This document shows, one piece after another, positions 18,414-28,874 of a DNA stretch of 64,000 nucleotides. The notes beneath the pieces were generated by a model, which saw nothing but the letters and a program-made list of their open reading frames with translations, was not told where the DNA came from and ran no database searches. A program made the translations under genes and the position numbers. Positions within the stretch are counted from its first letter, which is position 1. Each line of letters begins with the position of its first letter. Source of the DNA: Synechococcus sp. (GTDB taxonomy: Bacteria; Cyanobacteriota; Cyanobacteriia; PCC-6307; Cyanobiaceae); contig JBJBEO010000001.1 of NCBI GenBank assembly GCA_047284725.1, positions 640,001 through 704,000 of the forward strand, given 5' to 3'.

Positions 18414-19363
18414 ATCACCTGCGTCAGAGGGCTATGGCCAAACGCCAGGGCTGTGACGAGCATGCCAAGCACAAGAAAGGGTTGGGCGCTGGCCTGATAT
18501 TTCACGTCATATTCCACGGGATCTCGCAGCAGCCAAATGTCCTGGAATGTGATCTGAGGAACCACCAGCAGCACAAGCAGAACAGCAGCAAAATGTTGTC
18601 CGATCGCAATCAGAACGGCAACCATCAGCAACTGGAAGACATCAATCATGCCTGCGCTGATCCAGCTGGCTCTCTGGATGCCGAACACCACAGGAAGCGA
18701 CTGCAAGCCGAGAGCGCGATCCCCTTCGACACTCTTGAAGTCGTTCACCACGGCAATCCCTAAGCCGGCAAGGCTGTAGGCGAGGGTGAGCAAGGCTGTG
18801 GTCCAGGTGAGCTGGCCGAAGAGCGCTTGACCTGCCCACCAGGGAAGGGCGATGTAGCTGGCCCCCAAGGCGTAATTCCCCAGCCAACCGTTCTGTTTGA
18901 GCTTCAGCGGTGGAGCGGAGTAGATGTAGCTCACAAGGGAGCCGCCCAGAGCCAGGAGGAACACAACGGGTGTGTTGTGATCGGCCCAGAGGTCAAGGCC
19001 GTAGGCCACACCAAGACCTGCCAGAAGCAGAAGCCAGATTTGCACCTTCACCTGATTCAGCGGAATCGCACCACTGGGAATCGGCCTGTAAGGCTCATTG
19101 ATCGCGTCAATTTCGCGGTCGTAATAATCGTTGATGGTTTGAGTGAAGCCGGCCAGAAGTGGACCGCTCATTACCATGCAGGCCACAGATGCAGCCAGGT
19201 GATCGAGCTTCCATTGGTAGTTGCCGCTGGCGGCAGCACCACATACAACGCCCCAGATCAGAGGAATCCAGGTGACGGGCTTCATCAGCTGCAGCCGCAG
19301 CTTCCAAAGATTGGTGGTGCCGCTGGCACCTTTCATGCCAAGCAGCTGACGCGCGTCACTCAC
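18410..19363 (-). CDS. chlG: Chlorophyll synthase
   Basis: QLMKPVTWIPL, NDYYDREIDAINEPYRPIPSG, NDFKSVEGD. Confidence 0.97.
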   Translation of the reverse strand: MSDARQLLGMKGASGTTNLWKLRLQLMKPVTWIPLIWGVVCGAAASGNYQWKLDHLAASVACMVMSGPLLAGFTQTINDYYDREIDAINEPYRPIPSGAIPLNQVKVQIWLLLLAGLGVAYGLDLWADHNTPVVFLLALGGSLVSYIYSAPPLKLKQNGWLGNYALGASYIALPWWAGQALFGQLTWTTALLTLAYSLAGLGIAVVNDFKSVEGDRALGLQSLPVVFGIQRASWISAGMIDVFQLLMVAVLIAIGQHFAAVLLVLLVVPQITFQDIWLLRDPVEYDVKYQASAQPFLVLGMLVTALAFGHSPLTQVM

Positions 19364-19374
19364 GGGCTTCTGCC

Positions 19375-19587
19375 TCAGGCTGCGACGATTTCGTCGTCAA
19401 AGAACCAGCAAGTCGAGCCGTTGCTGAGTTCCACCACGACACCGATGCCCTTGCCGTCAACGGTGCGGAAATCGACGACTTCCCCGCTGGCATCCTTTTT
19501 GAGAAGCTCCACAAGCGCAGTGGGAATACGGTCTCGCACGCGGGTCACCCGCACCTTTGAGCCGATGTTGATCGCCGCCTGGGACAT
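19375..19587 (-). CDS. petP: DUF2862 / cytochrome b6f-associated subunit PetP
   Basis: IGSKVRVTRVRDR...DGKGIGVVV...WFFDDEI; C-terminal part of the long ORF-track frame. Confidence 0.8.
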   Translation of the reverse strand: MSQAAINIGSKVRVTRVRDRIPTALVELLKKDASGEVVDFRTVDGKGIGVVVELSNGSTCWFFDDEIVAA

Positions 19588-19653
19588 GGCCTGCAAGGCT
19601 TGGAAAGTGGGCGTCACCTTAACAGTTATGCCCCTTGATCCCTTCAATTCGTC

Positions 19654-20439
19654 ATGGTCGCCCTTCGTCTGATTCCCTGCCTTGATGTGGCCGATGGCCG
19701 AGTGGTGAAAGGGGTCAATTTCGTTGGCCTCCGCGATGCTGGAGACCCCGTGGAGTTGGCCTGTCGTTACAGCCAGGCTGGTGCCGACGAACTGGTCTTT
19801 CTTGATATCGCCGCCAGCCATCAGGGGCGCGGCACCCTGATCGATATGGTGCGACGCACCGCTGCGCAGGTCACGATACCCTTCACTGTGGGGGGAGGAA
19901 TCTCCACGGTGGATGGCATCACTGAGCTGCTGCGGGCTGGGGCCGACAAGGTGAGCCTCAATTCGTCGGCTGTGCGAGATCCGGAGCTGGTGGCAAGAGG
20001 CGCGGATCGCTTCGGTTGCCAGTGCATCGTTGTGGCGATTGATGCCAGGAGGCGGCAGGAGGCCAGGCCAGGCTGGGATGTGTTCGTCAAAGGTGGACGC
20101 GACAACACTGGGCTGGATGTGGTGACTTGGGCGCGTCGCGTGGCAGATCTTGGTGCAGGTGAAATTCTGCTGACGTCCATGGATGGCGATGGAACCCAAG
20201 CCGGCTACGACCTGGAGCTGACGCGAGCGGTGGCGCAAGCCGTGCCAGTTCCGGTGATTGCATCCGGCGGAGCAGGCTGCCTCGATCACATTGCGGCTGC
20301 GCTCGACCAAGGGGAGGCAGGCGGGCAGGCCTCTGCCGCGTTGCTGGCGTCACTGCTTCACGACGGTGTTCTCACGGTGCAGCAGATCAAACAGGATTTG
20401 CTGCGAAGGGGCATGGCCATTCGCCCTCCGGAAGCCTGA
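19654..20439 (+). CDS. hisF: Imidazole glycerol phosphate synthase cyclase subunit
   Basis: [40 protein letters not shown]. Confidence 0.97.
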   Translation: MVALRLIPCLDVADGRVVKGVNFVGLRDAGDPVELACRYSQAGADELVFLDIAASHQGRGTLIDMVRRTAAQVTIPFTVGGGISTVDGITELLRAGADKVSLNSSAVRDPELVARGADRFGCQCIVVAIDARRRQEARPGWDVFVKGGRDNTGLDVVTWARRVADLGAGEILLTSMDGDGTQAGYDLELTRAVAQAVPVPVIASGGAGCLDHIAAALDQGEAGGQASAALLASLLHDGVLTVQQIKQDLLRRGMAIRPPEA

Positions 20440-20487
20440 GATCACTTCCTAGGCTGAATCAGTCGTTTTTCATTTGTCGGTCTAGCC

Positions 20488-20706
20488 ATGACTGGCCTGT
20501 CACTGATCAGTCACGACTGGATGTTGCCGCTTGGCCTGGGCAGCACTGTTCTTGTGATTGGCCTCGTGGCATGGGCCATGTCCTTGATGCAGGCTGCGAT
20601 CGATCAACGCGAATTTTCGTTGATGCTGGCTGGATGTCTGGTGTGTTCGGCTGCTGTTGGGATCACCCTGGTGATGGTAATCACCCTGAATGGAGTGCCA
20701 GCCTGA
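20488..20706 (+). CDS. Small 2-TM hypothetical protein
   Basis: 72-aa hydrophobic ORF ending 3 bp before menG. Confidence 0.65.
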   Translation: MTGLSLISHDWMLPLGLGSTVLVIGLVAWAMSLMQAAIDQREFSLMLAGCLVCSAAVGITLVMVITLNGVPA

Positions 20707-20709
20707 ACC

Positions 20710-21417
20710 ATGCCCGTGAAACCAGGTGATCCGGAAGCGGTTGAGCAGTTGTTCAACGATGTGGCCCCACGCTACGACCGTCTGAATGATCTGCTCAGCA
20801 TGGGTCTGCATCGCCAATGGAAGCGTCAGCTGCTGGCTTGGTTGCGCCCTTCGACAGGTGAACGTTGGCTCGATCTTTGTTGTGGCACGGGTGATCTCGC
20901 CCTGGCGCTGGCGCGCACTGTTCGTCCCGGTGGTGCAGTGGTGGGGCTCGATGCCGCGGCAACGCCCTTGGAGGTGGCCCGGGAGCGGTCCGCTCGGGAG
21001 CCTTGGCTGCATGTGAGTTGGCAGCACGGGGATGCACTTTGCACGGGTCTGCCCGCTGCCTCGTTTGATGGTGTGGTGATGGCCTATGGCCTGCGTAACC
21101 TGGCTGATGCCCGGGCTGGGCTGGCAGAGATGCATCGCCTGCTCAGGCCAGGTGGGCGTGCGGGAGTGCTTGATTTCAACCGGTTACCAGCGTCGAGTTG
21201 GCAGGCTTCCTTTCAACGGCTTTACCTCCGCCGCATGGTTGTCCCAGCGGCCTCGCTGGTGGGATTGCAGTCTCAGTACGCCTATCTGGAAGACAGCCTG
21301 AAACGTTTTGCCACTGGAGCGGAGCAGGAAGCGATGGCCATGGATGTGGGGTTTCGTTCGGCGCGGCACCGGTCTTTGGTGGCGGGCCAGATGGGCGTTC
21401 TGCTGCTCGAGCAATGA
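20710..21417 (+). CDS. menG: UbiE/MenG family quinone methyltransferase
   Basis: YDRLNDLLSMGLH, LDLCCGTGD, YGLRN, YAYLEDS. Confidence 0.92.
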   Translation: MPVKPGDPEAVEQLFNDVAPRYDRLNDLLSMGLHRQWKRQLLAWLRPSTGERWLDLCCGTGDLALALARTVRPGGAVVGLDAAATPLEVARERSAREPWLHVSWQHGDALCTGLPAASFDGVVMAYGLRNLADARAGLAEMHRLLRPGGRAGVLDFNRLPASSWQASFQRLYLRRMVVPAASLVGLQSQYAYLEDSLKRFATGAEQEAMAMDVGFRSARHRSLVAGQMGVLLLEQ

Positions 21418-21496
21418 CTCGTTTCGCAAGTTGCGTCGCTTGCGACCAGGGCCTGGGAGAGATTAGAAAGAAATTCTTAAGAAGTGGTCGTTGGTC

Positions 21497-21847
21497 ATGG
21501 CCTTCCCCCTCCCGTTGCTGCTCGCCTCGATTGAGGACCTGTTGCTGGAGGTGCAATGGCTGGACGGCATGGTGTTGGTCACGGATTCCCAGCGCGCCAC
21601 CTTCGTGTCGTTTTCCCAGGTTGATCCTGTCTTGCGCCGCCTACGGGCCAGGCCCAAAGGGATGGAAGTGGCGGAAAAGCTCTGCATGTCGTTGCTGGAA
21701 TCCCACGGCAAAGCCGCAGCCAAGCCGGTGCTTGTGTTTCAGGGTGATGGCAGCTTCTGGCTCGGGATGATGAGCCCGAGCCGCGGCAATCCCCACCGCC
21801 ATCACGCCGTCGCCCATCTGCATCGTTGTCTGGCTCAGAGCAATTGA
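21497..21847 (+). CDS. Hypothetical protein
   Basis: MAFPLPLLLASIEDLLLEVQWLDG; host-like codon use; fills the gap before glyQ. Confidence 0.7.
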   Translation: MAFPLPLLLASIEDLLLEVQWLDGMVLVTDSQRATFVSFSQVDPVLRRLRARPKGMEVAEKLCMSLLESHGKAAAKPVLVFQGDGSFWLGMMSPSRGNPHRHHAVAHLHRCLAQSN

Positions 21848-21900
21848 TGTCCAGCCGCCACCCCCGGGCAGGACAATGAATGGCAACCAATCCGGCACGG

Positions 21901-22788
21901 ATGCATTTCCAGGACATCATCAGCACCCTCAATCGCTTCTGGGCGGATCAGGGTTGTCTGCTGCTGCAGCCCTACGACACGGAAAAGGGCGCTGGCACGA
22001 TGAGTCCGCATACGGTGTTGCGGGCGATCGGTCCTGAGCCCTGGGCGGTCGCCTATCCCGAGCCCTGCAGGCGCCCCACGGATGGCCGTTACGGTGATAA
22101 CCCCAATCGCGCCCAGCACTACTTCCAGTATCAGGTGCTGATGAAGCCTTCCCCGGACGGTATTCAGGAGACCTATCTCGCCTCCTTGGAGGCCATGGGA
22201 ATCAAAGCTGCCGACCACGACATCCGTTTTGTCGAAGACAACTGGGAATCGCCCACCCTCGGTGCGTGGGGCGTGGGTTGGGAAGTGTGGCTCGACGGCA
22301 TGGAGGTGACACAGTTCACCTACTTCCAGCAATGCGGTGGCCTGGATTGCCGCCCGGTCTCGATCGAGATCACCTACGGCCTTGAGCGTCTTGCCATGTA
22401 TCTCCAGGATGTGGAGAGTATCTGGGATCTGAGCTGGAATGCCGATCGCAAGTACGGCGATATCTGGTTGCCGTTCGAAAAGGGACAGTGTCACTTCAAT
22501 TTCGAAGCCTCCAATCCCGAACGGCTCAAGCAGTTGTTTGCCATTTACGAAGCCGAAGCGAGCGACTTGATCGCGCAGAACCTGCCGGCTCCGGCCCTCG
22601 ATTTCGTGCTCAAGTGCTCCCACACCTTCAATCTGCTCGAGGCAAGGGGAGTGATCTCAGTGACCGAACGCACGGCCACCATTGGCCGTATTCGCAATCT
22701 GGCTCGCAAGGTGGCTGAAGCCTGGTTGGCCGAACGTGAAGCCCTGGGCTTTCCATTGCTGAAAGAGCCGGTCCCTTTGAAAGTCTGA
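21901..22788 (+). CDS. glyQ: Glycine-tRNA ligase alpha subunit
   Basis: [39 protein letters not shown]. Confidence 0.98.
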   Translation: MHFQDIISTLNRFWADQGCLLLQPYDTEKGAGTMSPHTVLRAIGPEPWAVAYPEPCRRPTDGRYGDNPNRAQHYFQYQVLMKPSPDGIQETYLASLEAMGIKAADHDIRFVEDNWESPTLGAWGVGWEVWLDGMEVTQFTYFQQCGGLDCRPVSIEITYGLERLAMYLQDVESIWDLSWNADRKYGDIWLPFEKGQCHFNFEASNPERLKQLFAIYEAEASDLIAQNLPAPALDFVLKCSHTFNLLEARGVISVTERTATIGRIRNLARKVAEAWLAEREALGFPLLKEPVPLKV

Positions 22789-22805
22789 GGCGGTGTTAGC
22801 CCCTC

Positions 22806-24743
22806 ATGGGCGGGGAATCCTTTCGGGGCGTTGCCTCGGCAGAGATGCCCGCAGCTCTGGCGGTTGCCTTGCTTCTTCTCCTCAGCCTGCTGGGGTCGGC
22901 CTTGGCTCAGGCGCTCTGGCAGTGGTTGTTGCTTGCCATGTTGCTGCTGTTGGGCAGCTGCTGGGTGGTGCACCAACGGTCGCTGGCGCGCGTTCAGGCC
23001 TTTCTCCTTGCTCTGGCTCTCGCACTCAGTGCTCTGCGGGGAGGCCTGGGGACTCAGCTTCGTCCGGACGCTCTGGACCCTGTGCACGCCATTGCCCAGC
23101 CAGCCGTCATTCAGGTGATCGAAGCGCGCCTGATCCGCGATGCGCCCGTCCGCCGCGATCGATGTCAGGCATTGACTCAGGTGCGACGGGTGGATGGTGA
23201 GCGCCGCCATGGATTGACGGAGTTGCTGTTGTCGCCTTGCCCGGCACCTGTTCGTGCCGGTGTGCTGTTTCGTGCCGAGGGCCAATTGATCAGGCCCGCG
23301 GCCGCTCGCCATCCCCGAATGTCGTCGGCAGCCCAACGCCTTCACAGCCGTGGTAGCTGGACGCAGTTCCGAACCCAGCATCTCCAGCTGTTGGGTCAGC
23401 GTTGGACGCCCTTGGCCGATGGGCGGCGCCGGATTGAAGCGCGCCTCAAGACTCAGGCCGGCAACAGCACAGGATCCTTGCTGGCGTCACTGGTGCTGGG
23501 GGGTGCCCAGGTGGAGTTGCCGCCTGACCTGAAGCAGGCCTTTCGCGTGGCGGGTCTGTCCCATGCGTTGGCCGCATCGGGGTTTCATCTTTCGGTGTTG
23601 CTGGGAGCCGTGTTGGTGGTGACGCGTCAAACCCCCGTGTCGGTGCGACTGCTTGGGGGGATGGGGGCGATGGTCTTGTTTCTTGGGCTGGCTGGTCCGC
23701 AACCGTCGGTGGTCAGAGCTGTACTGATGGGTTTGGCGGCTTTGGTGATCCGTGAGCAGGGATCCCGCACGCGTCCTCTGGGGGTGTTGGTGCTTGTGCT
23801 GTTGCTGATGCTCTGGATCCATCCCGCTTGGGCGTGCTCCATTGGCTTCCAGCTCAGTGCCGCCGCCACGGCTGGGTTGGTGATCACCGCGCCTGGTCTT
23901 GAGCAGGCACTCCTGCCGCTGCTGGGCTGGCCGTGGCCCGGGCTGGCTGCCGCCACGGCGGTTCCCCTCGCGGCCATGGCCTGGACTTTGCCACTGCAGT
24001 GGCTGCATTTCGGCGCCATGCCCCTCTACGCCTTGGTGGCCAACCTTGTGGTGGCACCGCTTCTGGCGCCACTCACCTTGGCGTCCATGCTGCTGGCTCT
24101 GATCCACTTGATCCTCCCCCAGGCCGCGGCTCTGCCGTTGTCATCGCTGTTGGTGATCCCGGTAAAAGCCCTGGCGGGGCTGTTGATTGCCGTGGTGACG
24201 ACGATCAGTCAGTGGCCCCTGGCGGAGTTGCTCACCGGTCGTCCGCAGCCATGGATGGTGCTGGTGTTGATCCTGGCGCTGTTGCCTTGGTGGCTGCCGT
24301 GGATGCGTCCTTGGCGTTGGCGCGTTTCTCCCCTTTTGGTACTTGTGGTGCTGACCCATGGCGCTCTGCAGCTGGAGGATGCCGTCGTGCGCGTGGAGCA
24401 ATGGGGTCGGCAATGGGTGCTGCTCAGGCATCGCGGCCGTGCGGCGCTGATCACGAGTGATGGCGACGGTCTCAGTTGTCATGGAGCCAGGCAGCTTCAA
24501 CGAGGGCATGGTCATGGCCGGTTGGACTGGGTCGTGATCCTGGATCCTGTCGCGACGGATCAGTTGGCCTGTTGGCGCGCGCTGGCGCACACGGTGCAAG
24601 GGGAACAGCGGGGTTTGTCTGCATTGACGTTGGGGCAACGGATGGCGTCGCCTGGTTTGTGGCTTCAGCCTGTTGATCGTCGGGGCAGGCAGTACACCCT
24701 CCAGGCAGGCCGTCGTGCGTTTCGCCTGCGTCGAAAGGTTTAA
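22806..24743 (+). CDS. comEC: ComEC/Rec2 competence channel
   Basis: OB-like region, GLSHALAASGFH, PSVVRA, GFQLS, ANL motifs; start 22806 or 22845. Confidence 0.9.
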   Translation: MGGESFRGVASAEMPAALAVALLLLLSLLGSALAQALWQWLLLAMLLLLGSCWVVHQRSLARVQAFLLALALALSALRGGLGTQLRPDALDPVHAIAQPAVIQVIEARLIRDAPVRRDRCQALTQVRRVDGERRHGLTELLLSPCPAPVRAGVLFRAEGQLIRPAAARHPRMSSAAQRLHSRGSWTQFRTQHLQLLGQRWTPLADGRRRIEARLKTQAGNSTGSLLASLVLGGAQVELPPDLKQAFRVAGLSHALAASGFHLSVLLGAVLVVTRQTPVSVRLLGGMGAMVLFLGLAGPQPSVVRAVLMGLAALVIREQGSRTRPLGVLVLVLLLMLWIHPAWACSIGFQLSAAATAGLVITAPGLEQALLPLLGWPWPGLAAATAVPLAAMAWTLPLQWLHFGAMPLYALVANLVVAPLLAPLTLASMLLALIHLILPQAAALPLSSLLVIPVKALAGLLIAVVTTISQWPLAELLTGRPQPWMVLVLILALLPWWLPWMRPWRWRVSPLLVLVVLTHGALQLEDAVVRVEQWGRQWVLLRHRGRAALITSDGDGLSCHGARQLQRGHGHGRLDWVVILDPVATDQLACWRALAHTVQGEQRGLSALTLGQRMASPGLWLQPVDRRGRQYTLQAGRRAFRLRRKV

Positions 24744-24807
24744 CGCTGACCGCGCTGTAATGGGGCAACGCTGACCGCTAAGATTGGTTCACGCCTTTGG
24801 GCGATGT

Positions 24808-24894
24808 GGAGAGGTGGCAGAGCCCGGTTGAATGCGCACGACTCGAAATCGTGTAGGGGTAATACCCTCGTGGGTTCGAATCCCACCCTCTCCG
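24808..24894 (+). tRNA. tRNA-Ser(CGA)
   Basis: GGAGAGG/CCTCTCC acceptor stem, anticodon arm CACGA-CT-CGA-AA-TCGTG, long variable arm, GTTCGAATC T-loop. Confidence 0.97.
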
Positions 24895-25065
24895 TTTCAG
24901 ATAGGACCTTGTGGTCGCCCCGGATCCTCCCTGTTCCATTGTGGTGACAGAGTTCTTTTGCGTTTGTCTGTCCTGTTTGTTTTCCTGGAAACTCAGGATG
25001 GTTCTCAAATTTGTTGGGTGGATCAGAAGTCGAGGGCACGCACTCGAAGGAAGAGGTCCGTTTTG

Positions 25066-25230
25066 GTGGATAGAGCGTCTTCTGAGGGCGTCGAGCTTGA
25101 TCTCAAGGCTTTCCTGAAGACAGCAGTTCGTGCTGTGGTCGTGGCTCAAGAGCCGATCAAGATTGATCATTTTTGTGTGGTTTCAGGCGAGCACTGGCAC
25201 TCACATGACCTTGCAGGAGCGATGAGTTAA
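25066..25230 (+). CDS. Possible small hypothetical protein
   Basis: GTG-start 54-aa frame (MDRASSEGVELDLKAFLK...HWHSHDLAG); no recognisable family. Confidence 0.35.
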   Translation: MDRASSEGVELDLKAFLKTAVRAVVVAQEPIKIDHFCVVSGEHWHSHDLAGAMS

Positions 25231-25472
25231 CGGTTTGCGCTTTTGCTCAACACCATGCGAACAACGTGCTCGATGGCATCCTGATGTCAGGGCTGCGATG
25301 GGGAAATTGTTTGGAGGGGCAGACGGTGTTCCAGGGATGAGCGATTGTCGATGACTTGTGATCGTTAACTGCCTTGGGAAGGTGTTTTCAGTGTGGAACT
25401 AAGCGTCCAAAAGGATTGCTGTTTAAGTTCTCACGTCTGTCCTGATTGCTTCTATCTGTACGTTCCCAATTG

Positions 25473-25730
25473 TCAAGAGTGGAAAAGTAGCACTAATCCT
25501 TGCGTCACCTGGTGAAATTCGCGTTCTTCTCGGCTGAGGTCCAGACCCACTTCTAATCCTTCCTTGAGTGCATGGTCGAATGGTGGAGTCGATGGTGTAT
25601 TTGTGCTGTTCCAAAGCGCTGCAATCCCCACGGGTGTGGCGTGCCAGCTGAAGCAATCCGTTGTGCCGATCGCAGGCTCTCTCAGGGAATCTTCCAGCAG
25701 CGTGTTGATTGCCAAGGGGTGTGTCGCCAT
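25473..25730 (-). CDS. Hypothetical protein
   Basis: 85-aa ORF with FSWHATPVGIAALW and GLDLSREEREFHQ; protein-like. Confidence 0.65.
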   Translation of the reverse strand: MATHPLAINTLLEDSLREPAIGTTDCFSWHATPVGIAALWNSTNTPSTPPFDHALKEGLEVGLDLSREEREFHQVTQGLVLLFHS

Positions 25731-25806
25731 GCTGCATAGCTTCGAGATTTCTTCTCAGGGGTGCAATCAGCTGAGAGACTTCTTGATGTAGATGCATTCT
25801 TGCGGG

Positions 25807-27060
25807 ATGACGGTGACGGTCCAGGGATCGGTGGACTTGCCGTCACGCATTGCCCTGGTGCATGAATGGTTCTCGCCCCGCTCCGTGGGTGGGGCTGAGC
25901 AGGTCGTGGATGCCATCGATCATCTGCTGACCGCCCGAGGGCGGAGACCTGAACTTGCGGCTCTCGTCGATGGTGAATCCATGCGCCCGCAGAGCCGCTG
26001 GGCTGGACGTCGCATTCTCACCAGTCCGATTCAGCACTTGCCTTGGGGCGTGAGTCACGTGCAGCAATACCTCCCGTTGCTTCCAGTGGCGATTGAACAG
26101 ATCGACCTGGGTGACTACCCCTTGGTGATCAGCAGCAGTCACCTGGTGGCCAAAGGCGTCCTGACGTCGCCCGACCAGTTGCATCTCAGTTACGTGCATA
26201 CCCCCGTGCGTTACGCCTGGGATCAGATGCATGCCTATCTTCGCCGTTCCGCGTTGGCCCGTCGCGGCCTGGGCCCGTGGATTCGCTGGCAGCTCCATGC
26301 CTTGCGCCAATGGGATCAGCTCAGTGCAGCGAGAGTGGATGTCCTGCTCGCCAATTCACGCTTCACGGCTCGGAGGATCCGGCAGTTCTGGCAGCGCGAT
26401 GCCCAGGTATTGCATCCGCCTGTGCAGGTTGATCGGTTTTCGTGGGATCAGCCCAGAGGCAACGCTTATCTCTGCGTCTGTCGATTGGTTCCTTACAAGC
26501 GAGTGGATGTCGTGGTTGAGGCGTTCAATCGTCTTCGCCTGCCTCTGCAGGTGGTGGGTGATGGCCCTGAGCGGCGTCGCTTGGAGCAGCTGGCTGGTCC
26601 GACGGTTCAGATCCTCGGCCGTCAGAGTCAGACACAGGTGGAAGCGTTGATGGCTCAATGTCGAGCCTTTGTGTACGCGGGGTTGGAGGATTTCGGTATC
26701 GCACCGGTGGAGGCGATGGCCTCTGGAGCGCCTGTGATCGGCCTGGCACGAGGAGGACTGCTGGACAGCGTTCGCTGTGCGGCGGCTGGCCATGAGCGGC
26801 CGACGGGGGTGTTGTTCCCCGATCAGACGCCAGCGTCGGTGGCGGCTGCGGTGGAGTGGTTTGAAGAGCAGCAGTTGTGGCGGGAGCTGGTGCCTGAAAC
26901 GCTTCGTGAATGGGCTGAGCGGTTCAGGCCAGAGGCCTTTGCGTCGCGTTTTGAGACAGTGCTGCGGCAGGCCTGGGATGACCATCAAAGTACCTGTGCC
27001 GTTGCCGCGAGTGACCCACTCGCTCTCTTCGGTACGCCCCGTTGCGGTTCAGTAGGGTGA
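25807..27060 (+). CDS. Glycosyltransferase family 4
   Basis: IALVHEW..GGAEQV, RLVPYKR, EDFGIAPVEAMASG; start uncertain. Confidence 0.92.
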   Translation: MTVTVQGSVDLPSRIALVHEWFSPRSVGGAEQVVDAIDHLLTARGRRPELAALVDGESMRPQSRWAGRRILTSPIQHLPWGVSHVQQYLPLLPVAIEQIDLGDYPLVISSSHLVAKGVLTSPDQLHLSYVHTPVRYAWDQMHAYLRRSALARRGLGPWIRWQLHALRQWDQLSAARVDVLLANSRFTARRIRQFWQRDAQVLHPPVQVDRFSWDQPRGNAYLCVCRLVPYKRVDVVVEAFNRLRLPLQVVGDGPERRRLEQLAGPTVQILGRQSQTQVEALMAQCRAFVYAGLEDFGIAPVEAMASGAPVIGLARGGLLDSVRCAAAGHERPTGVLFPDQTPASVAAAVEWFEEQQLWRELVPETLREWAERFRPEAFASRFETVLRQAWDDHQSTCAVAASDPLALFGTPRCGSVG

Positions 27061-27078
27061 GACGCATGGGAGACAGGA

Positions 27079-27836
27079 TGGTCAATGCTCCGCGTCGTCT
27101 TGTTTTTCCTGCCACCAGTGCTTCATTGAAGCGTCGCGCCAGTCGCCGTCACCTTGCGTTGTTAGCGGCTCCTCCTTCAACACTCACAGCGGGTGCTCTC
27201 GTCAGGCAGCAGAGCACCACAGGGCGCAGTCTCAAGCGCACTGGCGATGTGCTCTTCTCTCTGAGCGTGCTTCTTCTCGGTTCGCCTGTCTTCCTGTTGC
27301 TGGCGGTTCTTGTGAAGGTCAGTTCGCCGGGGCCGGTGTTTTACGTGCAGCGCCGGGTCGGTCGCGGGTACCGCCACTTCGGCTGCATCAAGTTCCGCAC
27401 CATGCGACCTGATGCTGATCGGGTGCTGGCCCGTGTGTTGGCGGAGTCTCCGGAGATGCGTGCCGAGTTCGAACGGGATTTCAAGCTGCGCGAAGACCCC
27501 CGCATCACACCGATCGGGCGCTTTCTTCGCCGGTCGAGCTTGGATGAGCTGCCCCAGTTTCTCAACGTGCTTCGCGGCGAGATGAGTTTGGTGGGGCCTC
27601 GGCCGATCGTTGATAAGGAGATCAATCGCTACGGCCCTTACATGGATGAAGTGTTGGCGGTCAGGCCAGGTCTCACGGGCCTTTGGCAGGTGAGTGGGCG
27701 GAATAATCTGAGTTATGCCAAGCGTGTGCGGTTGGACGTGGCCTATGCCCGAGGCCGCTCGTTCTTGCTCGATTTTGCAATCATCCTGCGCACCTTCGGT
27801 GTGTTGCTGCTGCCCATGGATCGAGGTGCCTACTGA
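27079..27836 (+). CDS. Bacterial sugar transferase (WcaJ/WbaP-like phosphoglycosyl transferase)
   Basis: KFRTM, DPRITPIGRFLRRSSLDELPQF, GEMSLVGPRP, PGLTGLWQVSGR. Confidence 0.93.
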
Positions 27837-27848
27837 GCCCTTTTGCGT

Positions 27849-28874
27849 TTAGCCAGTGAGCAAGACAGTGAGTGGAGGAATGAGCCAAGCCAGCTCAAGC
27901 CTCTGGCTGAAACGAAGAATTCGCATCACACCTGTTGTGCTTGGAGCTGGATGAGCAGCAGCGAGCAGCGGCTTCATGACCCAGCGGTCGCCGTAACGGT
28001 TGCGACCTCCCATCCTAATGCCAGCGCAATGGGCGTAGATCGCTTCTGCTCGTCCGGCATTGGGCGATGGGTCGAACCTTCCTTCTCGTTCAGCTGCCCT
28101 CACCAGCTGAAGCCACCGATTCCATGGGGCGCTCACCAACGGCAGGCTTAACATCACAAGGCGACAGGCAGGCCAGACCAGCAGGTCATCGAGCCTGGCG
28201 CCAGCGGTGCCAAGCCATCGCAATCGACCGGTGCGATAGCCCAGCATCGAATCCAGCGTGCTGGCTGCTTTGAACGCCCAGGCCAGAGCAAGTGGACCAG
28301 GCCCGCAGGCATTGATTTGCCAAACCATCAGGCCCGCCAGCATCCAGAACAGGGGCGCAAATAACCCATCCACGGCGTTTTCAGCCGCGGTTTCAGCTGC
28401 GGCCCTGAGGATGTCTTCCCGTCTGAGATGGCTGGTGTCGCGACCGACGATCCACTGCAGCCGTTGACGGGCCAAGGCTTCATCTCCCGACGCGATCGCA
28501 TCCAGGACCGCCTGCACGGCCTGTTCAAGGCTGCGGCCCGCCAGAGCACTGGCCAAGCCGATCACCATCAGTAGCTGGCTGGTGAGCGTCAGCCAGCTCT
28601 GCTCGGTCATCCACCGGCCTTGGGCGAGTTGTTCCAGGCACCAGCCCCAGAGTCCGCTGCCGCCTACCAGTCCGAGCGTGATGCCCACACCACTCAGCCG
28701 AAGACGTCCGGGGGAGTCTTGGGCCCATGCTTCCGCCCCTTTGCGCAGGCACGTGATCCACCATCCCATCACCACCACAGGATGCGGCCACCGGAGCGGA
28801 TCGCCGATGCTGCGATCGAGCAGAACCGCCAGCAGGATGCATCCGCTGGCCATGGCGGGCGGGTGCAGCATCAT
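27849..28874 (-). CDS. cbiB: Adenosylcobinamide-phosphate synthase
   Basis: IGDP..WPHPV, IVGRDT, ENAVDG, STLDSMLGY, SPNAG; start 28874 or 28853. Confidence 0.92.
   Translation of the reverse strand: MMLHPPAMASGCILLAVLLDRSIGDPLRWPHPVVVMGWWITCLRKGAEAWAQDSPGRLRLSGVGITLGLVGGSGLWGWCLEQLAQGRWMTEQSWLTLTSQLLMVIGLASALAGRSLEQAVQAVLDAIASGDEALARQRLQWIVGRDTSHLRREDILRAAAETAAENAVDGLFAPLFWMLAGLMVWQINACGPGPLALAWAFKAASTLDSMLGYRTGRLRWLGTAGARLDDLLVWPACRLVMLSLPLVSAPWNRWLQLVRAAEREGRFDPSPNAGRAEAIYAHCAGIRMGGRNRYGDRWVMKPLLAAAHPAPSTTGVMRILRFSQRLELAWLIPPLTVLLTG

Noticed and set aside
19588..20310. 311-aa ORF extending petP
   Set aside because: The upstream part is antisense to hisF; only the last 70 aa are protein-like.
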